Source: an uncultured bacterium (lineage in GTDB: Bacteria > Abyssobacteria > SURF-5). Taken from it: a DNA stretch of 49,123 nt. The stretch is from positions 1 through 49,123 of the forward strand of contig CAZSKP010000020.1 of assembly GCA_964607485.1 (NCBI GenBank), read 5' to 3'. Position numbers and translations under genes: made by a program. Each line of letters starts with the position of its first letter. The first letter of the stretch is position 1. The notes beneath the pieces are model-generated. The model ran no database searches, had not been told where the DNA came from, and saw only the letters and a program-made list of their open reading frames with translations. Below are positions 1-10,009 of this stretch, piece after piece.

Positions 1-1
1 G

Positions 2-988
2 ATGTTTTTCACCGAGGACGATGCCGAGTTAGCTGGCTCGCTGAAGGTGGTGCGGGAGCGTCCTGAGCAGATAGCGGAACGGCTGGGGCGCGACACTTCA
101 ACCATGGGAGATGTGCTGGAGGAAATGGTCAAGCGGGGTGAAATCGGGGGTGTGGGACCGCTCGGAGAACGCATGTACCACATGATCCCGTTCGTGGTCG
201 GCATATACGAGTTTCAGCTCGACCGCCTCGACAAGGAACTGGCAGAACTGATGGAGGAGTATATCGCCGAGGGAATCTTCGAGCAATACGGCAAGGCCAA
301 GCCCGCCTTTCTCTCAACGATCCCCATCGATCAGGCCGTCGATGCTCAATTGGAGATTTATCCCTATGAGAGCGTGCGCCAGTTGATGGACAAAGCAAAG
401 GTCTTCCACACCCAAGACTGTATTTGTCGAAAAGAGCAGGGACTGATAGGGAACCCGTGCAGCAAGCCCACCGGCAACTGCATTTCCATGTCCGCGGACG
501 AGCACGCCTTCGATGTCCATTACAGGGGACACAGCGTCAGCCGCGAGGAAGCCGAGCGGATAATGAAAGAGGCCGAGGACGCCGGGCTTGTCCATGCGAC
601 GATGAACATTACCGACGAGACGTTCCACTTCTGTAACTGCTGCTCGTGCTGCTGCGGTCTTCTCCGGGGAGTGACCAAGCTCAACGCGCCGGGCATCCTC
701 GCAAAATCGAACTATTGGGCCTCGATAGACGCCGACACGTGCGCCGCATGTGGAACATGCGCGGATGAGCGGTGTCCGATGGGCGCGATTTCCGAGAACG
801 ACGGCGCTTACGAAGTCAACAGAGATCGCTGCATCGGCTGCGGCGTGTGCGTGTCCACGTGTCCGACCGAATCGATCTCGCTCGTGCGCAAGCCCGAGGA
901 CCAATGCATCCAGCCGCCTCCGAACATGGTTTCATGGATGATGCAGCGCAGCATGGATACGGGGAAGCCGTTGGATAAGTTCATGTAG
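2..988 (+). CDS. 4Fe-4S dicluster-domain protein (HTH-like N-terminus, CNCCxCCC cluster, C-terminal 2x[4Fe-4S]); probably 5'-truncated by the window edge
   Basis: DCICR, EDAGLVH, FCNCCSCCCGLL, CAACGTCADERCP and CIGCGVCVSTCP motifs. Confidence 0.85.
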   Translation: MFFTEDDAELAGSLKVVRERPEQIAERLGRDTSTMGDVLEEMVKRGEIGGVGPLGERMYHMIPFVVGIYEFQLDRLDKELAELMEEYIAEGIFEQYGKAKPAFLSTIPIDQAVDAQLEIYPYESVRQLMDKAKVFHTQDCICRKEQGLIGNPCSKPTGNCISMSADEHAFDVHYRGHSVSREEAERIMKEAEDAGLVHATMNITDETFHFCNCCSCCCGLLRGVTKLNAPGILAKSNYWASIDADTCAACGTCADERCPMGAISENDGAYEVNRDRCIGCGVCVSTCPTESISLVRKPEDQCIQPPPNMVSWMMQRSMDTGKPLDKFM

Positions 989-1021
989 ATGAAACATCGC
1001 CGAACCTGCAATGGGCATAAA

Positions 1022-1047
1022 GAAGGGGGCCTCGAGGGCCCCCTTTC
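1022..1047. terminator. Hairpin between convergent genes, probable bidirectional intrinsic terminator
   Basis: gaagggggcc-tcga-gggccccctttc, flanked by A-rich sequence on the left and T-rich sequence on the right. Confidence 0.75.
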
Positions 1048-1070
1048 GTTTGTCTTAATCTCAGCGACTC

Positions 1071-2078
1071 TTACGTCGAGGAAGTCGGAATGAAGTCGGC
1101 GGGATGCGCCTCGTTGAAGTGGATGGCGTCGGACGGACAGACCACAGCGCACAGACCGCAGCCGACGCATTTCTCGAGATCCACCGAGGCCTTCAAGTCG
1201 TCCTCGTCGCCGACGACACTCAGCGCCCCGAAATAGCATCGGTCGATGCACGACTCGCAGCCTATACAGGCCTCCTCGTCCACGACCGCCTGGAACCTCG
1301 ACGGCGCGACGAATTTCGCTCCCTGTTCCGACAAGAGCGCCCTCAGCCCGATGCAGCAGTCAGAACAGCAGTTGCATATGTAGTGGTCGATGTGGTCGGT
1401 ATTCATCGTTACGTGAACGAGACCGGCCTCCTCGGCCTTGCGTATGATGTCCATGGCCTCGGCCTTGTCGATCTCCCTGCCGGTCCCGCGGGTTATCGCG
1501 TAATCGGCTCCCCTGTTGAGCTGGAGGCATACCTCGACGGGCAGCCCGCATTTGCCGTCCACCACCCTGCAGGTGCATTTGACCACCGCGATTCTCCTCG
1601 CATTATCGATGATCTCCTTCACGTTCTCGTAATGAAGAATCTGGCTCTTGTCATCGAGTGCCGTGTCGATCGGGATAACCCGAGTGGGCGGGTTGGAGAG
1701 GAACGCCTCGGCCATCTTCGCCGTCTGGGCCCATTCCTTTTCGGTCCACTCCTTCCAGAGGTCGTGAAACTCCCTCGGCGCATCGACCCACAAGATGGTG
1801 GCGTCGTGAAATTGAACGATGTCGCGGCACCTGCGATACTTTCCGCTGCTGGGTGAGATGAAGGCCAACCCCTTTTTGAACAGCAGGTCCAGCGACTTTT
1901 TGACATCTTCCACAGTCCGGCCGGTCGCTTCGGCCAAATCCTCGGGCGAGCCGGGCATCGCCAAGAGCAGCTTCGCCTCGTCCTCGTCGGCCACCATGGC
2001 GAACAGGCGCTTGATGATTTCGGAATGGCCCATCATTATCCTGTCGGCCAGTTCCTGGTACAGATTGGTTTCACTCAT
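1071..2078 (-). CDS. 4Fe-4S dicluster-domain protein, paralog of 2..988
   Basis: KCTCR, EEAGLVH, ICNCCSDCCIG, CIGCESCIDRC and CVGCGLCAVVCP; GGAGG RBS upstream. Confidence 0.88.
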   Translation of the reverse strand: MSETNLYQELADRIMMGHSEIIKRLFAMVADEDEAKLLLAMPGSPEDLAEATGRTVEDVKKSLDLLFKKGLAFISPSSGKYRRCRDIVQFHDATILWVDAPREFHDLWKEWTEKEWAQTAKMAEAFLSNPPTRVIPIDTALDDKSQILHYENVKEIIDNARRIAVVKCTCRVVDGKCGLPVEVCLQLNRGADYAITRGTGREIDKAEAMDIIRKAEEAGLVHVTMNTDHIDHYICNCCSDCCIGLRALLSEQGAKFVAPSRFQAVVDEEACIGCESCIDRCYFGALSVVGDEDDLKASVDLEKCVGCGLCAVVCPSDAIHFNEAHPADFIPTSST

Positions 2079-2177
2079 TTCAAACCTCCGTGGCGCTATG
2101 CCTTATTACCGAGAGACACAACGAACGATTGTGGGCGCAATCGTCGTCGATTCCTTCCATATACGTACGCGCGTGCC

Positions 2178-2738
2178 TTATCGGCCGTCGAGAAGCATTT
2201 GCAGGGCTTCTTCCACCCGGGCAATGTCAACCCTCGTGTTTCTGCACGGGCCGTTGGGGCGCTCGTTCAGGATGCCACACAGCGGCAGAGGGACGGCCTC
2301 TCTGATGCCGGAAATCATGTCGCGTTCACACGCCACCGCTATGACACAAGAGGGCATGTAGTCGTACACCGACCGCCTCGCGGCAGTGCCTCCGCCCACG
2401 ACGCACATGCGAACCTTGTAGCGGTCGCCGAGATCTATCAATTCAGGGATAAGGCACTTTCCGCAGTTATGGCAGTTGCGTATGTCGCGCGCTATGCGGT
2501 GCGGACATTCCCAATCCTGGATGCAGTGTGGAAAGACGAGAAGCACGTCCTCCGGCCGGTATTTCTTCGACGACGACATGATGATGCGATTGTTTCTATC
2601 GATGAAATAATCGTCGATCCTTTCACCTTCGATGCCGAATAACGTGCCGACCGTCCTGCACACCGGATACAAGACATTCATCAGAAAATTGCGTCTACCT
2701 GAAGTATTGTCTCCGGGAAGCTTTACCTTTTCGCTCAT
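2178..2738 (-). CDS. DUF116 domain protein
   Basis: FPHCIQ..C, CHNCGKC, GGGT, IAVACERD and LNERPNGPC.NT motifs typical of DUF116. Confidence 0.85.
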   Translation of the reverse strand: MSEKVKLPGDNTSGRRNFLMNVLYPVCRTVGTLFGIEGERIDDYFIDRNNRIIMSSSKKYRPEDVLLVFPHCIQDWECPHRIARDIRNCHNCGKCLIPELIDLGDRYKVRMCVVGGGTAARRSVYDYMPSCVIAVACERDMISGIREAVPLPLCGILNERPNGPCRNTRVDIARVEEALQMLLDGR

Positions 2739-3051
2739 AACAAGCGGCTCTTGTTGCGGGAGATTTCGAATCCATGAGGTACTTCATTATACCATCCGCC
2801 GGGCAATGATGCCAGAAGAATCTGATTCTATGCTGTTCGCGGATCGTGCTCACGGAATTTCGGTCTGCCACCATGCCTGATCGCACCTTCCGGCTCCGCG
2901 AACGCGACCTCATCAATCCTCATCGGTTACACCGACTCATAGGGTTTTTCCAGGCCGCGACCGGATCCCTGTTTTTCCAAAAAGACCGCCCACGCCACTT
3001 GCACTAAACTCCGGCAAATGATAATCTAACGTTTCAGTTCGGGGTTTCGTC

Positions 3052-5610
3052 ATGAAAAAAGCAAAGATTCTCCATTTTCTGGGTCCTCTGCTGAGCCTGT
3101 TCCTTTTCTCGGCGGCCCTCTGGGTGCTCCACCGCGAGCTCAGGGCTTACCACCTCTACGAAATCACGCGACGTTTGGGGGAACTCCCCGCCAGTCGCCT
3201 TCTCCCGGCCGTACTGCTCACTTACGTGGGTTACTTCGTAATGACGGGATACGACTTTTGGGCTCTTCGCTACGTCCGGCATCCGCTCTCGTACGGCAAA
3301 ATTCTCCTGGCCTCTTTCATCGCCTATGCGTTCAGCAATAACATGGGATTTTCAATGCTTGCGGGCAGCTCGGTACGGTATCGGCTGTACTCGGCCTGGG
3401 ACCTCTCGGCCCTCGAAATCACCAAGGTGGTTGCGTTCTGCAGCCTGAGCTTCTGGCTCGGCTTTTGCGCCCTCGGCGGTGTGGTCTTTCTTGTTGAACC
3501 GATGGCGGTTCCCCAGACGCTCCATCTTCCTTTTGCATCTGTGCGTCCGCTTGGGTTGATTTTCCTCGGCTTGGTATCGGCATACTTCCTGTGGAGTGTG
3601 CTAGGGAAGAAAGAGATCAGGATTCGAGGATGGGAGTTCTTGCTGCCATCCACACCTCTCTTCCTCGTACAGGTTGCCGTCGCTTCGCTGGATTGGGCCT
3701 TGGCGGGCGCCGTTCTTTATGTTCTGTTGCCTCCCTCGCTCAGCCTGTCCTATCCCGGATTTCTCGGCATGTATATGCTGGCGCAGGCGGCGGGGCTGGT
3801 GAGCCAGGTGCCGGGTGGTCTTGGGGTATTCGAGACGGTCATGCTCCTGTTCATCACTCCTGAGCTGTCGGCCTCCGAGGCGCTTGGCGCGCTGCTGGCG
3901 TATCGGGCCATATACTATCTCTTTCCCCTCGGCGTGGCCGCCGTGCTGCTTGGAGCTCAGGAAGTTATCCAAAGAGGGGAAAGGTTTCAGTGGTTCGTCC
4001 GCGCCGTCGGCCAACAGGTGTCGGGGCTGGTGCCGAACGTTTTGGCTTTTACAACCTTTGTGGCCGGTGCAACCCTCCTCTTCTCTGGGGCGATGCCGAA
4101 CGTGGAATGGCGTCTCGAATGGCTGGAAGATTTTTTCCCGTTGGAGGTCATGGAAATCTCGCATTTTCTGGGTAGCCTGGCGGGCATGGGACTGCTGCTT
4201 TTGGCCTTTGGCTTGAAACGCAGACTCGACGCCGCATACATTGTTGCCGTCGTCCTTCTTGTCGCCGGAACCATTTTTTCCTTACTCAAGGGTCTCGACT
4301 ATGAAGAGGCAATCGCGCTGTCCGTCATACTTGGCACGCTTCTTCCATGTCGCAGACATTTCTACAGGAAAGCCTCACTGTTCAGTGAGCGTTTCGACCC
4401 GGGATGGATAGGCGCCATCATATTAGTTGTTCTCAGTTCAGTGTGGCTGGGAATATTTTCCTACAAGCATGTGGAATATTCCGGCGACCTTTGGTGGCGC
4501 TTCACACTTTCCGGCAATGCTCCCCGTTTTCTTCGAGCCACCGTGGGCGTCATCGGCCTCGCTTTGTTCTTTGGTCTGGCGAGGCTCCTCCGTTCGGCTG
4601 CGCCGAAACCCGCTCCTCCGGGACGGGAAGAGATGGAAAAGGTCAGCGCCATTGTCGGGCGAACATCGCAAACATATGCCAACCTTGCATTCCTCGGCGA
4701 CAAAGAGTTTCTGTTCAGCCAAACGGAGAATGCTTTCATCATGTACGCCGTAGAGGGGCGAAGCTGGGTCGCCATGGGAGACCCCGTCGGTCCGGTCGAG
4801 GAAGCGACTGAACTGGTATGGAGATTCCGCGAAACCTGCGATCCGTATGATGGCTGGCCGGTCTTCTACGAGGTTGGGCAGGAACTCCTTCCCGTTTACC
4901 TCGATATGGGGCTCGTTCTTTTGAAACTCGGAGAGGAGGCTCGCGTGCCGCTGGCGGATTTCTCGCTCCAAGGCAGCGCCCGCAAAGGGCTGCGTTACAC
5001 CAAGAACAAGCTCGAAAAGGAAGGCTGTTCCTTCGAAATGCTTTACCCGGAAACGGCTCGTTCCCTCCTGCCGGAGTTGAAGGTCATATCCGATGCGTGG
5101 CTGGCGGAGAAGAACACCCGTGAGAAAAGCTTCTCACTCGGATCTTTCGACATGGAATATTTAGGGCGATTCCCCGTGGGAATCATCCGCAGGCAGGGGA
5201 AGATTGTCGCTTTCGCCAACGTGTGGCAGGGAGGCGGGAAGGAAGAACTCTCCGTGGACCTGATGCGTTACCTTCCCCAGGCTCCGCACGACGTCATGGA
5301 ATATCTCTTCCTTCATCTCATGCTCTGGGGAAAGGAAGCCGGGTATCTTTGGTTCAACTTGGGGATGGCTCCATTCTCAGGAATCGAAGCCCACGCGCTC
5401 GCCCCGCTCTGGAACCGGCTTGGGGCTTTTATTTTCAGCCACGGCGAGCACTTTTATAATTTTCAGGGATTGCGGCGGTACAAGGAAAAGTTCGACCCCG
5501 AATGGAACCCGAAATACCTTGCGTCCCCCGGCGGCATGGCATTGCCTCGCATTCTGGCCAACCTCGGCTCTCTCATCTCTGGCGGTCTTGAGGGAGTTGT
5601 CACGAAATGA
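3052..5610 (+). CDS. mprF: Bifunctional aminoacyl-phosphatidylglycerol flippase/synthase MprF
   Basis: 852 aa; multi-TM N-terminus with VPGGLGVFE; C-terminal synthase with MGDPVG, KLGEEA, SVDLMR, NLGMAP, YNFQGLRRYKEKF. Confidence 0.95.
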   Translation: MKKAKILHFLGPLLSLFLFSAALWVLHRELRAYHLYEITRRLGELPASRLLPAVLLTYVGYFVMTGYDFWALRYVRHPLSYGKILLASFIAYAFSNNMGFSMLAGSSVRYRLYSAWDLSALEITKVVAFCSLSFWLGFCALGGVVFLVEPMAVPQTLHLPFASVRPLGLIFLGLVSAYFLWSVLGKKEIRIRGWEFLLPSTPLFLVQVAVASLDWALAGAVLYVLLPPSLSLSYPGFLGMYMLAQAAGLVSQVPGGLGVFETVMLLFITPELSASEALGALLAYRAIYYLFPLGVAAVLLGAQEVIQRGERFQWFVRAVGQQVSGLVPNVLAFTTFVAGATLLFSGAMPNVEWRLEWLEDFFPLEVMEISHFLGSLAGMGLLLLAFGLKRRLDAAYIVAVVLLVAGTIFSLLKGLDYEEAIALSVILGTLLPCRRHFYRKASLFSERFDPGWIGAIILVVLSSVWLGIFSYKHVEYSGDLWWRFTLSGNAPRFLRATVGVIGLALFFGLARLLRSAAPKPAPPGREEMEKVSAIVGRTSQTYANLAFLGDKEFLFSQTENAFIMYAVEGRSWVAMGDPVGPVEEATELVWRFRETCDPYDGWPVFYEVGQELLPVYLDMGLVLLKLGEEARVPLADFSLQGSARKGLRYTKNKLEKEGCSFEMLYPETARSLLPELKVISDAWLAEKNTREKSFSLGSFDMEYLGRFPVGIIRRQGKIVAFANVWQGGGKEELSVDLMRYLPQAPHDVMEYLFLHLMLWGKEAGYLWFNLGMAPFSGIEAHALAPLWNRLGAFIFSHGEHFYNFQGLRRYKEKFDPEWNPKYLASPGGMALPRILANLGSLISGGLEGVVTK

Positions 5611-5707
5611 GCGATTGGGAAAAAGGCGAACCCCAAGCCGATAAGCATTCTCGAGGCCGGGCCGCCCGAAGGGATACAATAGAGTCTGGATCAGAAGGAG
5701 CAACACC

Positions 5708-6049
5708 ATGAAAGTTTCCAATTACAAGGACACGCAGCTTCGACAAGTAGAGGAAGAGGGAGCGCAGGGGGTGGCCATTCGGTGGGTTATCTCCAAAGAC
5801 GACGGCGCACAGAACTTCTTCATGAGGGTATTCGACGTGCAGCCGGGCGGCCACACTCCGTACCATCGGCATTCGTGGGAGCACGAGGTATTCATCCTGG
5901 ACGGACGGGCGGAGGTGGTGGCCGAAGACGGAAAACATGCCGCCCCCGCGGGAGATGTGGTGTTCATCCTCCCGGAAGAATATCACCAGTTCAGGAATGA
6001 GACCGACCAGCCGCTCAGGTTCATCTGCCTGATACCGAACTCCGAGTAG
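5708..6049 (+). CDS. Cupin domain protein
   Basis: PGGHTPYHRHSWEHEVFIL and HQFRN cupin motifs; AAGGAG RBS. Confidence 0.9.
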   Translation: MKVSNYKDTQLRQVEEEGAQGVAIRWVISKDDGAQNFFMRVFDVQPGGHTPYHRHSWEHEVFILDGRAEVVAEDGKHAAPAGDVVFILPEEYHQFRNETDQPLRFICLIPNSE

Positions 6050-6078
6050 CGGGCTGCGGTTCTCCGGAGAACAAAAGT

Positions 6079-7488
6079 TCAGATGGTAGCCAGGATCAGC
6101 GTCCTGGTCTTGCTCAACTGCCGCACCACAGTCACGTCGCTGTAGTTGTTGCTCAGGGAATTCAAGAAGTTTTCAAGCGTGTACCAACTGTAGTCCAGAG
6201 TCGGTCGCCTGGGCAACAATGTCGCCATTGGGTCATCCTTATCCACATATTCGATGACGCACCATTTCCCTTGAAAGTCACGAATGCTCTCGACGATCCG
6301 GGAAAAATCCTGGCCACCTGTGAACACCAGATGATGAATCAGGGCAAAAGCGAAGACCATGTCGCATTTCAGCCTTTTTTGTGCGGGAGCATACTGAACG
6401 CCCCGCCAGCCGATGCCGGGCGAGGGATTCAAGACGTTCATTACCAAAGGTGTAATATTGTAAGTTTCTTCCTTGGAAATTCTATATAACTCGTTGACGC
6501 AGTCATGGTCTGAGTCCAAAGCCACCACTTTCGCGCCTGCTTGTTCGGCCAATATTGAGAAGACTCCTCGATTACAGCCGATATCGAGTACCGACTTGGG
6601 ATTAAGCCCGCGCACGATCTTCTGCACTTCTGTCTTCTTAAGCGCTAGGGTTTCTTCGTCAGTATTCTCATAATAGCCTGACCAGTCGCCGGCTGGGTCA
6701 GGAAGGTTGATGTTGCGGACATCTTTATAGAGGCGGGTTAATAGGTTCATTCTCAGACGGGAAATATCAACTTTGTCGCTGAACCTTGAATAGAGGGAAT
6801 CGACCTCACTCCTGTGTCGGAGTCTGCCGGAGAGCTTCGCCATCATTTCGGGAATGAATACTCTATTGAAATAACCGGGCATTCCGAGCTTATCAAAGAA
6901 GCCAAGTGATTTCTTGACATCCTTGGACGGGACACCCTCGAAACAGTCCATGAGCAATGCTTTCGGAATGGAAGAGTTTCCCGAAGAGTAGATGTAAAGG
7001 GGAAAAAGAAAGAAGTTGCAGAATTGTTGATATGCGGCCCACAAGTAATTATTTGTCGCTTGAGTGAATGACCCAAGGTCTATGAACACCGGCTTTGCGC
7101 CTTCGAAAAAAACATTAAACGGAGAAGCATCCTGCAAAACAATGCCGTCCTTGCACATATCGATTGCAAGCTCTAACGTCAAACAAGCAGCGTCTTTAAG
7201 CATATTCGCCGGCCATTCAAAGCAGTAATTCGGGTGATCGATTCGCCGATGCCTCACAACGAGCCCGAAGCCCTCCAATTGTAGCTCCGGTTCAATCTCT
7301 GTATCGACTACTTTGCCTTTTGAGATGAAGGCTTTCATTCGGTCGGATGACAGGAGTTTTTCGTAGAAGGACGAGCTTTCGGGATAAAAAGCCCTGTAGA
7401 TGCGCCGATCGCGATAGAACACTCTGCCCATGGGATCGATATGGGAGGTGCTGTCAAATTCGATTTCGGCTTTACTGATCTTCTTCAT
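6079..7488 (-). CDS. NoeA-like protein: N-terminal kinase-like domain plus C-terminal class I SAM-dependent methyltransferase
   Basis: SHIDPMGRVF, YCFEWP, LQDASPFNV..FIDLGSF (kinase-like); VLDIGCNRG, NPSPGIGW, FALIHHL (methyltransferase). Confidence 0.82.
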   Translation of the reverse strand: MKKISKAEIEFDSTSHIDPMGRVFYRDRRIYRAFYPESSSFYEKLLSSDRMKAFISKGKVVDTEIEPELQLEGFGLVVRHRRIDHPNYCFEWPANMLKDAACLTLELAIDMCKDGIVLQDASPFNVFFEGAKPVFIDLGSFTQATNNYLWAAYQQFCNFFLFPLYIYSSGNSSIPKALLMDCFEGVPSKDVKKSLGFFDKLGMPGYFNRVFIPEMMAKLSGRLRHRSEVDSLYSRFSDKVDISRLRMNLLTRLYKDVRNINLPDPAGDWSGYYENTDEETLALKKTEVQKIVRGLNPKSVLDIGCNRGVFSILAEQAGAKVVALDSDHDCVNELYRISKEETYNITPLVMNVLNPSPGIGWRGVQYAPAQKRLKCDMVFAFALIHHLVFTGGQDFSRIVESIRDFQGKWCVIEYVDKDDPMATLLPRRPTLDYSWYTLENFLNSLSNNYSDVTVVRQLSKTRTLILATI

Positions 7489-7729
7489 CCGACTGTTTTC
7501 CTGCTGGTCTCTTGAACAACTTTCTGATCAAATCCTTGAAAATTGTCAGATATGAAACGAGCACGGCCAGGAAAACAACAATGACCTGATACAGAAGCCC
7601 TCCTGTGCCGGGGTCGACATAAGCGTAGGCGGGCTCGATACCAAGAAGCACGAAAAATGTCGCCAAGCAGACGACGAAAATCAATTTTGCCGAGGATTTT
7701 GATGATGTTCGCATCATAGTGTTAACCAC
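7472..7729 (-). CDS. Small two-hydrophobic-segment membrane peptide with AYAYVDPGTGG motif
   Basis: Signal-like segment, AYA cleavage-like site, YVDPGTG, TM helix, basic tail; tightly packed between the two neighbouring genes. Confidence 0.75.
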   Translation of the reverse strand: MVNTMMRTSSKSSAKLIFVVCLATFFVLLGIEPAYAYVDPGTGGLLYQVIVVFLAVLVSYLTIFKDLIRKLFKRPAGKQSDEEDQ

Positions 7730-7732
7730 CTA

Positions 7733-9667
7733 TCAGTTCAAGAGCGCAGCCTGTCCAATTTGTACCTTGTTTGCCTTCAAGTCTGTGAGGAGGATATGGC
7801 GAAGTTCCCGCTCCAACGCTGGATTGTCAAGCGGGCGCAGGTCATAAGCATCGCCACTGACATCGTAAAGGTTTCCGAGGCCTGATAACGTCGAGAATAT
7901 GTAGCATTCATTGTCTTTAATGATTCTGTATCCGTATAGAATGCCCCACGCATTGTCAACGGTGGCGATCAACGGGCGTGAGGGCAGGTGTAGATTGCCA
8001 ATCGATTCTCCGAAGATGACGTCGCCCTCCATCCACTCGGGAATAGGCTGCTTCAGAAGCGAGAGGATCGAAGGTGCGATATCAAGGTATTGCACCGGCA
8101 CATTGACCACCGTCTTTCCTTTCTGATGTGGCAGATGGACAATCAACGGGAGGGGATATTTTACCAGATCTACCAGGGGAGTTGCCACGTACTTTTGCCA
8201 GTGATCGGTATGAAAGATTATGAGTGTATTGTCTAATTTGTTCGCTTGATCCAGGGCTTGAACAATTTCTCCGAAATACTCATCCACCAATATAATGGCA
8301 TTGTCGTACACATTCCAAAGCTTCTCTTCCCCCTCTTCCAGACTATAAGTAAACTGGGGGCGCTCTCCAATCGGTTCAAAAGAACCCTGGTGCAATACCG
8401 TTGGGTGAGTGGCCGTAAGGTGTATTCGAATAAATAGCGGCTGGTCGATTTCTTCGATTATCTCCTTTGCAATGTCTATTCGCTTCCGGTCATTCTCAAA
8501 ATCAGCCGGGCAAGACCTCAACGCATTCCTGATGGCGCGGATGTCTGATCTTGTCGGCAGCAGAATCCATGCGGTCTTTGTAAGGCCGGCCATATAGAGC
8601 ATCTTACTGCGGTATTTTTCAAAGATGTCAGACAACATATACATCTCGAGAGGAAGCAATCGTCTGACTCTTCTTAGGAAAAAGGTCCAAGTCGCGAAAT
8701 CTGTTTTACGACTGTTTTCCAAATGGAACCCAAGCTCCAGATTGGATTGCGATGACGATGTCCAGTAACCATCATTAAGATCGACGTTGTAGTATCCCAG
8801 TTTGTCTAATATATTGGGTAGATGTTGGAAGCTATCCTTGCCGTGAAAAACGTCGATAATCCCGATCAGCTTTGTGGCGAGAGGGCTTTTACCGGTCAAG
8901 ATGGACATAGTACTCGCCCGCGAATTGCTGGCATTGCAGTAAGCCCGGGTGTAGATTGTGAAATTCCCCAGCTTCTCCAGGTTTGGAGTTGTGTCCTTTT
9001 CGTATCCATAAACTCCAAGGTGACGAGCCGCTACGCCATCCGGGCAGAAGAGAATAATATTAGGCGGGTTTTCTATGTTTCTGTTTATTTCAAAATTATC
9101 CGCGGCCTTCATTTCTCGTAAGGACGTGTAAGCTCTCTTTGTTCCCAAAATGGAAGAACAGACCAATATCACCACCATCGCCCCACAGAGCTTCTTTCTG
9201 TGGAGCGAGAAGAACTCCAAAATCTTCTCCCGCTTCTTGATGACCAGAATCACACTTATATCTATCAGAACGACCAGTAGTATTATGTTGTTAAGAAATG
9301 AAAAGCTGTAAACACTCCACCCGGTAGTCGTGTAAAGGAAAGTGTCCAAATGGAAAAAGACGATAATGAAGAAAAACAGACTGAGAAGGAAGGAATAAAG
9401 AAGGAGCAGAACGGTGAAAGCCTTCTGATGAGCGCATAATATGTACGAAGACAAGAATATGAACAGCCAAAGTATTGCCATCGGCAAAAGCAAGATGAAT
9501 AAGGCGCTGCCCATTAAGCTGCATTGTTCATAGAAATTCAATCTGGAGAAGTAGGAGAACGTTGAAGCCAGGAATACACCCTCGAGACACAGTGCCAGCA
9601 AGACAAGAAGGAAGGAGCTTCCGATGAATGGGAATGCCGCTTCAGATGCTTTCCTGATTCGTTCCAT
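7733..9667 (-). CDS. Membrane-anchored sulfatase-like/LTA-synthase-like (alkaline phosphatase superfamily) enzyme
   Basis: About 5 N-terminal TM segments; PNIILFCPDG, YGYEKDTTPNL, YDNAIILVD, NTLIIFHTDH, YLDIAPSIL. Confidence 0.85.
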   Translation of the reverse strand: MERIRKASEAAFPFIGSSFLLVLLALCLEGVFLASTFSYFSRLNFYEQCSLMGSALFILLLPMAILWLFIFLSSYILCAHQKAFTVLLLLYSFLLSLFFFIIVFFHLDTFLYTTTGWSVYSFSFLNNIILLVVLIDISVILVIKKREKILEFFSLHRKKLCGAMVVILVCSSILGTKRAYTSLREMKAADNFEINRNIENPPNIILFCPDGVAARHLGVYGYEKDTTPNLEKLGNFTIYTRAYCNASNSRASTMSILTGKSPLATKLIGIIDVFHGKDSFQHLPNILDKLGYYNVDLNDGYWTSSSQSNLELGFHLENSRKTDFATWTFFLRRVRRLLPLEMYMLSDIFEKYRSKMLYMAGLTKTAWILLPTRSDIRAIRNALRSCPADFENDRKRIDIAKEIIEEIDQPLFIRIHLTATHPTVLHQGSFEPIGERPQFTYSLEEGEEKLWNVYDNAIILVDEYFGEIVQALDQANKLDNTLIIFHTDHWQKYVATPLVDLVKYPLPLIVHLPHQKGKTVVNVPVQYLDIAPSILSLLKQPIPEWMEGDVIFGESIGNLHLPSRPLIATVDNAWGILYGYRIIKDNECYIFSTLSGLGNLYDVSGDAYDLRPLDNPALERELRHILLTDLKANKVQIGQAALLN

Positions 9668-9825
9668 GAATATTAAGGCGTGTCCGGAAGCGGTGAGACA
9701 ATGAATCGTAAACCCGGCCAGTACAAACCATATTCGCGTGGGACCAACTGTTCGTCGTCAGACCATTCCGAACAAAACAGCTGCAGATGCAGTAACAGCT
9801 ATTATAAACTGAGTTAAGTGAAATT

Positions 9826-9854
9826 ATACTAATTGATTCCATCTTTGAAGTCAA
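9826..9854 (-). promoter_or_regulatory. Putative sigma-70 promoter for the sulfatase-like cassette
   Basis: TTGACT-17 nt-TAGTAT on the minus strand. Confidence 0.45.
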
Positions 9855-10009
9855 GAGCCATTTCATGTTTATTGGTCGGCGGAAGAGGAACGATACACGA
9901 AGAATCGTCAACTTAGGAAGATTAAGTCCGAAATCGACGCATGTTCTCAATCCCACCAGGAGCGGGAGACTTGAGTCTCAAGATTCCGCAGACACATGAG
10001 ACGCGAAAA

